From contig CAVUQH010000004.1 in assembly GCA_963743525.1 (NCBI GenBank), forward strand, positions 512,001 to 576,000: a stretch of DNA of 64,000 bases, in the 5' to 3' direction. Positions 36,866 through 46,759 of the stretch are shown in pieces (the stretch's first letter is position 1; each line of letters begins with the position of its first letter). Source of the DNA: an uncultured delta proteobacterium (GTDB lineage Bacteria > Myxococcota_A > Polyangia > Haliangiales > Haliangiaceae). Both the position numbers and the translations under genes were made by a program. The notes under the pieces were generated by a model. It ran no database searches. It saw nothing but the letters and a program-made list of their open reading frames with translations, and was not told the origin of the DNA.

Positions 36866-37788
36866 TGCGGATCGCCGGACTGCTGGTCGCCGCCGTTCTC
36901 GCCGTGGCGCCGGCGCGCGCCTGGGCCGAGCCACACACGGGTGGCGGCAGGCAGGAAGGCGGCGGCAAGATCGAGCACGCCCGCCAGAACGTGCACCGCG
37001 ACGAGCGCGGCGCGGTGCGCGACCACCGGCGCGGGTCGACGGGCGATGACGACGACGGCTGCGACTACGATTGCGACGACGACGATGACGACAGCGACTC
37101 GCTGGCCGGGCTGCTGACCCTCTACGTCTTCACCGTGCCGTTCTGGCTGCCGTCGGGATTGATGGGTGACTGGCCAACCCTGCCCGGCGGCCGGCGCTAC
37201 GCCTATCTCGACTATCCCTATGCCGGCGGCGCCCCCGGTCGCTATCGCTTCATCCCCCGCGACCAGCACGGCGCCCCGCTCGAGGACAACCCGTGGCAGA
37301 TGCAGGTCGACGTCCTGGCGTCCTACGAGCGCCACGCGAGCAACTTCGACGGCCAGCGACTGGCCGCCGGCCTGACGACCAACCGGCGCATCGGCTTCGA
37401 CGCCGCGCTGACCCGCTACGACGAGACCCTCGCCAGCGGCGCCACCGACCACCTGTGGCAGTACCAGCTGGCGCTGAGCTACGCCTTCGCCGTGGCCGAG
37501 CACGCGACCATGTCGGCGGCGATGGGCATGCGCGGCGCCCGCTTCGCGGCCGGCGACCACCGCCTGGGATTCCTGTTTCGCTACGGCTTCGAGGCCTGGC
37601 CGGTTCGCCCGTTGCATCTGTGGGCCGTCGGCGAGATCGGCAACGTCAGCGACTCGTTTGCCGGCGAGCTGGAGGGTGGCGTCGGCGCCGTGCTGCAACG
37701 GTTCGAGCTGTTCGCCGGCTACCGCGCGTTCCGCCTGGCCGGGGTCACCTTCTCCGGCCCGGAGCTGGGACTGATCGTCTGGATGTAG
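36865..37788 (+). CDS. Probable outer-membrane protein with an acidic N-terminal segment
   Basis: Signal peptide (ARAWA), DDDDGCDYDCDDDDDDSD tract, barrel-like C-terminus (AGYRAFRL...GPELGLIVWM). Confidence 0.7.
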   Translation: MRIAGLLVAAVLAVAPARAWAEPHTGGGRQEGGGKIEHARQNVHRDERGAVRDHRRGSTGDDDDGCDYDCDDDDDDSDSLAGLLTLYVFTVPFWLPSGLMGDWPTLPGGRRYAYLDYPYAGGAPGRYRFIPRDQHGAPLEDNPWQMQVDVLASYERHASNFDGQRLAAGLTTNRRIGFDAALTRYDETLASGATDHLWQYQLALSYAFAVAEHATMSAAMGMRGARFAAGDHRLGFLFRYGFEAWPVRPLHLWAVGEIGNVSDSFAGELEGGVGAVLQRFELFAGYRAFRLAGVTFSGPELGLIVWM

Positions 37789-37906
37789 CTGGTTGGGGGC
37801 AGCTGTCCACGCCGCCTGGCAGCTGGAGTGTCCGGGGCGCAGCGCTCGCAACTAGCTTGAATCGCAGACGCGACTGCGCGGCATGTGCCTTGCAGCCTGT
37901 CCGGCC

Positions 37907-39538
37907 ATGCAGACCCGCCTCCTCCTCGCGGCCACTCTCCTCGCCCACGTCGCCTGCACCACTGCCCCCGCCCCCGACCCGGGCGACATCGAAGACGGCG
38001 TCGCCGTGCCCCAGGGCAAGGAAGACGACTTCCTCAGTCTGTCGGCCTACGAGTACGTGCTCGAAGGGCGCACCTCGGTCACCGTCGAGCCCGACGTCAT
38101 CGCCCAGGGACAGGAGGCGGTCGACGCCCGGGTGCGCGAGCTGATCGGCCTCAAGCAGATCGCCGTCGCCTGGTTCATCACCCAGTACCTGGTGGCCAAG
38201 GAGTCCGAGGATTCGAACGCCGACTACGGCGGCTTCGGCGGCATGGCCAAGGCCGGCGACTACGAAGACCTCGACGTCACCCCGGTCGGCGACGGCGTGT
38301 ACGAGTTCACCATGCGCCAGACCATCGCCGGCCGGCAAGACCTGATCAGCAAGCTGCCGATCAGCTCCGAGTCGGGCGGTCGCGCCTACTTCGACCTGAC
38401 CGTCGGCAAGCCGAGCAACACCGAGATGGCCAGGCTCGAGACCAACTACGAGTGGTACCGCAACGCTCCGTGGTCGAGCTGGGACCCGTCCAAGGCCGCC
38501 GACGACCAGAAGGAAGTGATCAACTTCGCCATCGAACGCGACCGCGACTCGACCGACGCCTGGTTCGACTACAACTCGATGTTCGAGGACGGCGTGGTCA
38601 ACATCGACATCTTCTTCGGCTGGGACTACCACGACGACTATCACATCAAGCACGCCCGCGACCTGTTCAACTGGCTGAAGAACGACCGCGGCTTCACCCC
38701 GCCGGTCGACAGCTTCGACCAGCTCGACCGCACCAGCGGGCCGTTCACCCGCACCATCGAGGCCAACGGCCGCGAGATCCGGGTCGAGGTCCGCCTCTAC
38801 TACGGCAAGACCGGCACCGACACCGATCCGGACACCGACGCCGGCGGCCGCCAGCTCGAGGCCGACGCTCGCGCGTCGCTGGCCACCCGCGACGTCTTCA
38901 TCTACTCCGGCCACTCCGGCCCGTTCTACGGCTTCGCCCTGGCCAACTGGCGCAAGACACTGGAGGGTGACCTCGACGACTCGGAGATGAGCTCGCTCGA
39001 GCTGCCGTCCAAGTACCAGATCGTCTTCGCCGAGGGCTGCGACACCTACGGCATCGGCGAAGCGCTGCGCTCCAATCCCAACAAGCCGGACGGCACCAAC
39101 CTGGACGTCATCACCACCACCTCGTTCTCCAACGCCGCGACTCCGGCGTCGGCCGAGGATTTCATCTCGCGGCTGATCGAGCGCGACTCCCACGGCCGCC
39201 ACCGCCCGCGCACCATCAAGTCGCTGCTCAGCGATCTCGACGGCAACTCGTACTGGTTCCACACCATGTACGGCATCCATGGCATCGACGACGATCCGGC
39301 GCTGCACCCGTACGCCAACACCGAGGCGCTGTGCCAGTCCTGCTCGGCCAACGCCGACTGCGGCGGCGTCGGCAACATGTGCATCGGTATCGGCCAGTCC
39401 AGCGGCAAGCACTGCGCGGCGGCCTGCACCGACGACCGCGGCTGCCCGGACGGCTACACCTGCGCTGCCGTTGCCTCGTCCTCGGCGGGTGGCATTTACG
39501 GCCACGCCTGCGTGCCCCAGAGCTGGACCTGCGAGTAA
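37907..39538 (+). CDS. Lipoprotein with possible clan CD (caspase/gingipain-like) domain and Cys-rich tail
   Basis: Lipobox HVAC; FIYSGHSG and IVFAEGCDT; ten Cys in the C-terminal module. Confidence 0.75.
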   Translation: MQTRLLLAATLLAHVACTTAPAPDPGDIEDGVAVPQGKEDDFLSLSAYEYVLEGRTSVTVEPDVIAQGQEAVDARVRELIGLKQIAVAWFITQYLVAKESEDSNADYGGFGGMAKAGDYEDLDVTPVGDGVYEFTMRQTIAGRQDLISKLPISSESGGRAYFDLTVGKPSNTEMARLETNYEWYRNAPWSSWDPSKAADDQKEVINFAIERDRDSTDAWFDYNSMFEDGVVNIDIFFGWDYHDDYHIKHARDLFNWLKNDRGFTPPVDSFDQLDRTSGPFTRTIEANGREIRVEVRLYYGKTGTDTDPDTDAGGRQLEADARASLATRDVFIYSGHSGPFYGFALANWRKTLEGDLDDSEMSSLELPSKYQIVFAEGCDTYGIGEALRSNPNKPDGTNLDVITTTSFSNAATPASAEDFISRLIERDSHGRHRPRTIKSLLSDLDGNSYWFHTMYGIHGIDDDPALHPYANTEALCQSCSANADCGGVGNMCIGIGQSSGKHCAAACTDDRGCPDGYTCAAVASSSAGGIYGHACVPQSWTCE

Positions 39539-39616
39539 TCTCGGGCAGATCGCCGATGGGGGTCAACGTCGCGGTACAACCGTATGACGATAGGTCGAAC
39601 CACTGCGACCACCCTG

Positions 39617-40736
39617 ATGCGACCTCCCCCCCTGCACAGCGCCGCCATCGCCCTGGCCCTGCTGGCCGCCTGCGCCAGCTCGGACGCCAACAACGGCGCC
39701 GTGGACGCGTCCACGAGCGGCCCTCCGGCCGATGCCGCGACCGCTGACGCCCGGCCCGACGCGGCGCCTGCTGACGCCGCGGGACCGGACGCGCGCACGG
39801 GCGAGTGCGTCGGCAAGAGCGACGGAACCCCGTGCGGCGACCAGACCGACAGGGACTGCGACCATCCCGACACCTGCCTCAACGAGGCGTGTCAGCCCAA
39901 CGTCGATCCGCTCAACACGCCGTGCGGCGACCAGTCGACCACCGAGTGCACGCAGCCGGACAGCTGCGACGGCCTCGGCGGCTGCCAGCCCAACGACGTG
40001 GCGCTTGACACCCCGTGCGGCGACCCCACCTCGACCACCTGCAACGGTCGCGACGTGTGCGACGGCAGCGGCGCTTGCTCGCCCCAGCTGGCGACCATCG
40101 GAACGCCGTGTGGCAACAGCAGCAACAGTCAGTGCGACGGCGCCGACGGCTGCGACGGCGCCGGCACCTGCGTGAGCAACCTGGCCGTCAACGGCACCAG
40201 CTGCACCGATTGTCTCGGGCCGCCGTGCGATACCTGCGAGGCCGGCACCTGCACCTGCCGGTCGGCGTCGGTCACCACCACGACCGCCGCGGGCAACGGC
40301 TTCGACGGCAACATGTTCGACGTTACTGCGCTCAACACCATCTCGGTGCGCAAGGTTTCGGTCCTGCTCGCTGCCGGCTCCTACACCGTCGAGATCTACT
40401 TCCGCGCCGGCACCTACGTCGGCCACGAGACCAGCGCCACCGGCTGGAGCCTGGTCGGCAGCGCCGCGGTCACCTCGACCGGCGTCACGTCGCTGACCCC
40501 GGTGCCAATCGCCCTCGACCTGCAGCTCGTCGGCGGCCAGACCTACGGCTTCTACATCACCACCACCGGAGGACGGGAGATGAAGTACACCGACGGCACC
40601 GCGGTCGGCAACGTCTACGCCTCCGATGCCAACGTGCAGATCAAAGAGGGCTGGGGCGGCGCCTACGCCTTCGGCACCGGCTAACACGCCGCGGGTGTGG
40701 AACGGCAAGCTGGTCTACGACCTGTGCCCGCCGTAG
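39617..40736 (+). CDS. Cys-rich repeat lipoprotein with C-terminal beta domain, apparent frameshift near 40681
   Basis: LLAAC lipobox; four to five TPCG(D/N)xxxxxCxxxDxC repeats. After the stop at 40684, another frame continues NTPRVWNGKLVYDLCPP*. Confidence 0.75.
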
Positions 40737-40737
40737 C

Positions 40738-42630
40738 CTAGTCGTCGGCGTCTTCGCCGAGGACGGTGCGGACGTGATCGACCAGCTCGTCGGCCGAGAA
40801 CGGCTTCTGCACGAAGCGCACCCCTTGCGGCATGCCGCGGCGATCGCCGTCCTGCAGGTGGCCGGAGACCAGGATGACCGGCAGGTCGGGCCGTCGCGAC
40901 AGCAGCTTGCGGGCGAGATAGACGCCCGAGCGGCCGGGCATGACCACGTCGCTGACCAACAGGTCGATCGCGCTGAGCCGTTTCTTGGCCACCTCCAGCG
41001 CTTCCTCGGCCGACCGCGCCTGCACCACCCGGTAGCCGGCCTGGTCGAGCACCTCGGCCAGTACGCCGCGCACGCCGGAGACATCCTCGACCAGGAGCAA
41101 CGTCGGACGTCCGATCGACTCGGTCTTGGCCGCGACGCGCCGCGGCGCCGGGATGTCCGCGGCCGGTAGATAGACCGTGAACTCACTGCCGGAGTCCGGC
41201 TGGCTCGACAGCACGATGTGCCCGCCGCTCTGCGACACGATTCCGTAGACCCGAGCCAGCCCCAGGCCGGTGCCGGCGCCAAACGGCTTGGTGGTGAAGA
41301 ACGGCTCGAACACGCGCGCACGAGTCGCCTCGTCCATGCCGTGGCCGGTGTCGGCGACCGAGACCGTAATCCAGTGGCCGTCGGGAACGACGTCGGAGTC
41401 GCCGCGCACATCGCGGATGCAGGTGCGAAAGGTCAGCGTCCCGCCCTCGGGCATGGCGTCCCGCGCGTTGAGCGCCAGGTTCATCAGCACTTGCTCGAGC
41501 TGCGCCGGATCGACCCGCGCCGCCGGCAGCTCCGAGGCGAGGTCGGTGCACACGGCCACCGTCGGCGGCACGTTGGAGCGAATGAGGCGAACGGCCCGGC
41601 TGACCAGCTCGTTGAGCTGCACCGCTTCCGGCCGCAACACCTGGCGACCGCCGAAGGCCAACAGCGCGTTGGTCAGCTCGGCCGCGCGATGCGAGGCGTG
41701 CTTGAGATCGTCAACGTGCTGGCGCAGGCGCGACCCCGGCTCCAGCTTCCGCGCCAGCAGATCGGTTGACGTCAGCATCACCGTGAGCAGATTGTTGAAG
41801 TCGTGGGCGATGCCGCCGGCCAGGCGACCGATCGATTCCATTTGTCGGGCGCGACGGAGCTGTTCTTCGAGCGAGTCGCGATCGGTGACGTCATGGACGA
41901 TCGATAGCAGCAGCAGCTCGCCGGCGATCTCGACGGGACCGGAGTAGACCTCGACATGCTTGACATCACCGCAGGCGGTGCGGTGGCGAAAGCGGAAGTA
42001 GCTGCGGCGCAGGTCGCGCGCCTTGTCCATCTCTGCTTGCACTTCCTCCGGTGTCAGCGTGTTGAGATCGGTGATGCGCATCGTGCGCAAGACCTCCAGT
42101 GGCCAGCCGTAGAACTCGGCAGCGGCGCGGTTGGCGTCGATGATGCGCCCGGTCTCCGGAGAGATGAGCAACTTGACCGCGGTGTTGACCTCGAAGATGG
42201 CGCGGTACAGCTCTTCGTTGGCGATCGTCTTCGGCTCACCCCGCTCGTCCTCGGAGCGATCGCGCATGAACGCGATCGAGTACCTCGCACCACCGGCGTC
42301 GCACGGGGTGCTGCGCACCTCGATGGGGAACTCTCGCCCGTCGCGGCGGATGCCGGTGACGGTCATCCACGCCGGCGTGGGCTCGCCGGCCGCACGGCGC
42401 CGGAAGACCTCGGCCACCATTTCTTGCGACACCGGGGCCACGACCTCGAGTACCGCCCGGCCGAGGAGCTCTTCCTCGGACTCGTAACCCAACAGCTGCA
42501 CCAGCGGCTGGTTGACCACCACGAAGCGCGCGTCACGCGTGACCACCACCGGGTCTGGCGAGCTGGCGAAGAGCTCTCGCAGTAGCGGCTCGATGACCGT
42601 CGGGGCCAGCGCGTGGGCCGGGTTGCTCAT
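40738..42630 (-). CDS. PAS-PAS hybrid sensor histidine kinase/receiver
   Basis: Two PAS domains, AGGIAHDFNNLL H-box, NARDAM, DTGHGM, FEPFFTTK, GTGLGL, receiver LLVED...SDVVMPG...KPF. Confidence 0.93.
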   Translation of the reverse strand: MSNPAHALAPTVIEPLLRELFASSPDPVVVTRDARFVVVNQPLVQLLGYESEEELLGRAVLEVVAPVSQEMVAEVFRRRAAGEPTPAWMTVTGIRRDGREFPIEVRSTPCDAGGARYSIAFMRDRSEDERGEPKTIANEELYRAIFEVNTAVKLLISPETGRIIDANRAAAEFYGWPLEVLRTMRITDLNTLTPEEVQAEMDKARDLRRSYFRFRHRTACGDVKHVEVYSGPVEIAGELLLLSIVHDVTDRDSLEEQLRRARQMESIGRLAGGIAHDFNNLLTVMLTSTDLLARKLEPGSRLRQHVDDLKHASHRAAELTNALLAFGGRQVLRPEAVQLNELVSRAVRLIRSNVPPTVAVCTDLASELPAARVDPAQLEQVLMNLALNARDAMPEGGTLTFRTCIRDVRGDSDVVPDGHWITVSVADTGHGMDEATRARVFEPFFTTKPFGAGTGLGLARVYGIVSQSGGHIVLSSQPDSGSEFTVYLPAADIPAPRRVAAKTESIGRPTLLLVEDVSGVRGVLAEVLDQAGYRVVQARSAEEALEVAKKRLSAIDLLVSDVVMPGRSGVYLARKLLSRRPDLPVILVSGHLQDGDRRGMPQGVRFVQKPFSADELVDHVRTVLGEDADD

Positions 42631-42697
42631 TCCCTCGGATCGTAACGGATCTATCGTCGTTCGACGAGCGGCTCGTCGCCCGTACCGCTCACCAGGG

Positions 42698-43604
42698 TCA
42701 ACCTTGCATGGCCAAGATCTTGGCCTCTATGAACCGCTCGTGGTCTATGTGCAGCGCTTTGGAGATCTTGCGAATCTCCTCCAGCTCCTGGTGGATGATT
42801 TCTCCGTCGGCGGCGGCCACCTCGAATAGCAGGGTCAGTACCTGCATTCGCTCCTCCGGGGTCACCAGCTCGTCGAGCTCGCGGGCGAACGAGAAGTAGC
42901 CGATATCCGACAGCACCTCGCTTTCCACGATGTCGACGATGATGTCAACGTCGCGGTGCTGCAGGGTCGACATCGCGTCCAGGATCTCGGCGATCGTCGC
43001 CCGCTCGTCTGCATCGAACGATTGGTCGGCCCCGGCCACGTGTCCGAGCACGCCCGCGAGCGCGCAGACGTAGCGCAGCTCGCGCTCGGTGCCGGCGTCG
43101 AGCTCGGCGGTGCCGCCGTGGAGCAGCAACCGGCGCTTGACCTGATAGAGCACCCGGTTGCGGATGAACTCGTCGATGAGAATCGCTGCGGCGCATCGTC
43201 TCGGACGGCTGGGCGGAGCCCCTGCCCCACAGCCGCTTGAGCTGATGGACGAACACGCCAGCGGTGGTGGTCTCGGCCCGGGCGCTGTCGAGCATGTCGA
43301 GGAACAGTTTTTCGCCACCGTCGAGCTCGCCGTCGGCCAGCACCAGATCGCGTACCGCGGCGACCAGGGTCTCGCGCTCGCTGCGGCGGGCGCGGGCCAG
43401 GAAGTCGTCGACGATCGTCCGCGCTTCGTCCGGGCCGATCGGGTCGGCCAGGTACGGCTCCAGCCGGGTCATCTGCTCGGCGCCGAGGTCGAGCTCGCGA
43501 AAGTACGCCTTGAGGTTGTTCAGCTCGTGGTACGTGATCTCGCCGTCGGCCCACGCCGCGGCGATCAGCACGCGCAGGAAATCGAGCACCTTGTCGTCGG
43601 CCAT
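42698..43604 (-). CDS. Tandem TerB-like domain protein, apparent frameshift near 43181
   Basis: AAAWADGEI...E, LVLADGELDGGE, VAGADQSF...E, VAAADGEI...E; halves in ORFs 42945..43604 and 42698..43318 join if one T is removed. Confidence 0.8.
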
Positions 43605-43682
43605 GTCGGGGCGGTCTTAACACGAGGCCGTCGCGCGAGCGCGCGATTTGTCGCTCCGGCCCAGGTGGTGGACAATCCCGCC

Positions 43683-44366
43683 GTGGCGACTGCGCTGGTC
43701 ATCGGCGGCTCCGACGGCATCGGCCTGGCGCTGACCCGCACCCTGGTTGCGGCCGGCTGGCGGGTCGGCGGCGTGTCGCGCAGCGACAGCCCGGTGCCCG
43801 AGGTCGAGCACGTCGTCGCCGACGTCCGCGCCACCGACTACGGTCAGCAACTGACAGCGCTGTGCGACCGCCTGAAGACGATCGACGCCTGCATCTACTG
43901 CGCCGGCGTCGGCCAGCCGCTGCAGCCGGACCAGCTGGCGATGGAGCGCGCCACCTTCGACGTCAACCTGATCGGTGCGGTGGCGACAGCCGAGGTGGTC
44001 CTGCCGCGGATGCTGGCCGCCGGCCACGGTCACTTCGTCGGCCTGTCGAGCCTGGCCAATCGCTTCATCAGCCGCGACGCCCCGGCGTACTCGGGCTCCA
44101 AGGCGGGGCTGTCGAGCTGGCTCGAGGGGCTGGCGCTGGCGTACCGGCCGCGGGGGGTGTACGTGACCAACGTGCGCTTCGGCTTCGTCGACACCAAGAT
44201 GGCCAGGTCGGAGGTCAAGCCGTTCGTGGTCAGCGCGGAACGCGCCGCCGCACGGGTGATGCGCTGCCTGCGCACGAGGCCGATCCGCTGCACCTATCCG
44301 CGGCGCATGGCGGCGCTGATGTGGCTGGTCGGTTGGGGCCCACGGCTGCGCGTGTGGTGGTCGTGA
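43683..44366 (+). CDS. SDR-family oxidoreductase
   Basis: ALVIGGSDGIG, YCAG, SS, YSGSK, GFVDT. Confidence 0.9.
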   Translation: MATALVIGGSDGIGLALTRTLVAAGWRVGGVSRSDSPVPEVEHVVADVRATDYGQQLTALCDRLKTIDACIYCAGVGQPLQPDQLAMERATFDVNLIGAVATAEVVLPRMLAAGHGHFVGLSSLANRFISRDAPAYSGSKAGLSSWLEGLALAYRPRGVYVTNVRFGFVDTKMARSEVKPFVVSAERAAARVMRCLRTRPIRCTYPRRMAALMWLVGWGPRLRVWWS

Positions 44367-45667
44367 CCGACGTCGTGGTCGTCGGCGCCGGGTTGTCGGG
44401 GCTGATCTGCGCGCGCGGCCTGGTGCGACGCGGTGCCAGCGTCCGCGTCCTCGAAGCCCGCGACCGGGTCGGCGGACGCCTGCTCAGCGTGCCGCTGGGC
44501 GGTCGGCGGGTGGACCTCGGCGGTCAGTGGATGTCGGCCGGGCAGTCGCGCCTGGCCGCGCTGGCGGCAGAGCTGGGCGTCGACACCGTGCCCCAGTATC
44601 GCGACGGCCGCGCGGTGATCGCGCGCCCGGACGCGGTCGGTGGTCTGCGCGCTGCATGGGCCACGGTCGACGGCTGGTGGCGGACGCGCGCGCTGGAGCG
44701 GTTGATCGCCCGGGTGCGACCCGACGATCCGCTGGCGACGCCGAACGCGGCGTCGCTCGACCGCGAAACCGTAGCCGACTGGCTGGACCGACACGGCGGC
44801 AGCCAGCAGACCCGCGAAACCATCGAGCTGATCACCGAGCTGGAGTTCGCCGCGGCGCCCGACCAGCTGTCGCTGCTCTACTTCCTCGTCGCCATGGCCG
44901 GCCGCGGCGGCCTGGGTGGGCACGACACCCGCGAGCTGCGCTTTGCCGGCGGCGCACAAACGCTGGCCGAACGACTCGCCGGCGAGCTCGGCGATCGCGT
45001 GACGCTGAGCGCCGCGGTGCGCGCGATCGACCAGGACGACGGCGCCGTGATCGCCCGCGCGGGAGCGGCGTCGGTGCGCGCGCGGCGCTGCGTGCTGGCG
45101 CTGCCGCCCGCGCTGTGCGCCGAGATCGAGGTCGCCGGCATCACCGCCGAGCGCCGCGCAATCGACACCGGCATGCCGATGGGTCGGGTGATGAAATGCA
45201 TCGCCAGCTACCCGCGCGCGTTCTGGCGCGAGCGCGGGTTGTCGGGCGAGGCGTACCAGATCGGCGGGCGGCTGCGCGCCGTGGTCGACCTGTGCGACGC
45301 CGACGGCGGCCGGCCGGCGTTGCTGGCGTTCGCCGTCGGTCGCGCCGCCGCCGAGCTGGCCGCGCTGCCGGGCGATGACCGGCGCGCGGCGGTGGTCGCC
45401 GAGCTGGTCGCGATCTTCGGCGACGACGCCGCCGGCGCCGACCAGCTGTTGATCCACGACTGGGGGACGGATCCGTGGAGTCGCGGCTGCGTGGGCAATT
45501 TCCCGCCGGGGGTGCTCGGCGGCGCCGGCGGCGCCCTGAGCGCAGCCTGCGGGCGGATCCATTTCGCCGGCAGCGAAACCGCGGTCCGCTGGCCGCGCAC
45601 CATGGAAGGGGCGCTCGAGGCCGGAGAGCGGGCCGCGGCCGAGGTCGCCGCCGCGCTTTTCCCCTGA
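44363..45667 (+). CDS. Flavin monoamine oxidase family protein
   Basis: VVVVGAGLSGL, LEARDRVGGR, DLGGQW, IHFAGSET, MEGALEAGERAA; GTGA overlap with the SDR. Confidence 0.92.
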   Translation: MTDVVVVGAGLSGLICARGLVRRGASVRVLEARDRVGGRLLSVPLGGRRVDLGGQWMSAGQSRLAALAAELGVDTVPQYRDGRAVIARPDAVGGLRAAWATVDGWWRTRALERLIARVRPDDPLATPNAASLDRETVADWLDRHGGSQQTRETIELITELEFAAAPDQLSLLYFLVAMAGRGGLGGHDTRELRFAGGAQTLAERLAGELGDRVTLSAAVRAIDQDDGAVIARAGAASVRARRCVLALPPALCAEIEVAGITAERRAIDTGMPMGRVMKCIASYPRAFWRERGLSGEAYQIGGRLRAVVDLCDADGGRPALLAFAVGRAAAELAALPGDDRRAAVVAELVAIFGDDAAGADQLLIHDWGTDPWSRGCVGNFPPGVLGGAGGALSAACGRIHFAGSETAVRWPRTMEGALEAGERAAAEVAAALFP

Positions 45668-45698
45668 GCCGGCCCCGGGCGAATGGTAGGGTGCAGCC

Positions 45699-46310
45699 GT
45701 GTTCGTCTCGGTGCAGCGACTGATCGACTCCGTGCGACTGCGCGGACAGCCGCGCTCGCGCGTGAAAGAGGTCGTCCAGCTGCGCCGCGAGCTGCGCGCC
45801 CTGCCCCACCGCTCGCGACAGGTCAGCCGGATCGAGCTCGAGCGCGCCCACGAGCTGCGCGCGCTGCGCGCCGAGCTGTCGGGCATGCTGACCGAGGTCG
45901 AGTCGTGCAAGAGCTGCGCGCGCGGCTATCCCGAGCCACACGGCTTCTGGGACGGCGGCAACTGCTGCGGCGCCACCACCCGCGCGCTGTTCGACGAGAC
46001 CGAGCTGGCGACCCTACGCCTGGCGGGCACCACCGCCGGCGCGCTCGATCCGCCCGGCGGGCCCCACGCCGGCTGCGCCTTCCGCGGCGAGACCGGCTGC
46101 TCGCTCGACGCCGTCGACCGGCCCAACATCTGCGTCCGCTACGTCTGCCGCGACCTGGCCCGCGAGCTCCACACCCGCGGCCTGCTCGATCGCATCGACG
46201 AGCTGCGCGACGCGATCGGCGCCGCCTACAAGGCGTTCACCGAGGCGCGCGAGGCGCGGCTGCTCGACGAAGCCCTCGGCGTGCCCGACCTGATCCCCGA
46301 CCGCGGCTAG
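45699..46310 (+). CDS. Cys-cluster protein (YkgJ/CxxCxxCC-like, putative Zn or Fe-S binding)
   Basis: CKSC...NCCG...GCAF...GCSL...RPNICVRYVC. Confidence 0.7.
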   Translation: MFVSVQRLIDSVRLRGQPRSRVKEVVQLRRELRALPHRSRQVSRIELERAHELRALRAELSGMLTEVESCKSCARGYPEPHGFWDGGNCCGATTRALFDETELATLRLAGTTAGALDPPGGPHAGCAFRGETGCSLDAVDRPNICVRYVCRDLARELHTRGLLDRIDELRDAIGAAYKAFTEAREARLLDEALGVPDLIPDRG

Positions 46311-46702
46311 CGACAGACCTGGCCGGGGCCGTCGGCGATGGTCGTGCACGACTGCCCGTCCGGACACGTCGCGCCGTCGGAGCAGCGCACCTCGCACGAG
46401 GTGAACTTGGGCCCCTTGGGACCGGCAATGCCGTAATACTCGACGCACGCCAGAGGCTCCGGACACGCACCATCGGTGCACGGCTTGCCCTGCGCCGCCG
46501 CCGCGTCCGCCGGCAGCGCGTTGCTCGTCGGCGCCGGACTGTCGGCCGAGCCGTCGTCGGTCGCCGGCGGCGTGGTCTGCGCCGGGGCCGGACGCGGGTC
46601 CGGAGTCGCGGTCGGTGCCGGCGTCGACACCGGCGCGCTGGAGCTCTCGTGGCAGGCACAGGCCGTGAGCACGACCGCAACGACGATGAGGGGGAACCGC
46701 AT
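46307..46702 (-). CDS. Small Cys-rich lipoprotein
   Basis: MRFPLIVVAVVLTAC, Pro/Ala linker, 8-Cys module ending IADGPGQVCR. Confidence 0.78.
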   Translation of the reverse strand: MRFPLIVVAVVLTACACHESSSAPVSTPAPTATPDPRPAPAQTTPPATDDGSADSPAPTSNALPADAAAAQGKPCTDGACPEPLACVEYYGIAGPKGPKFTSCEVRCSDGATCPDGQSCTTIADGPGQVCR

Positions 46703-46759
46703 GCCCGCGACTGTGCCACAACCGGCGGTCCGAACGCGAACGTCGACTATCATTGAGAG

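Noticed and set aside
42698..43604. Tellurite-resistance or defence island
   Set aside because: A single TerB-like gene with no other ter, defence or mobility genes nearby.
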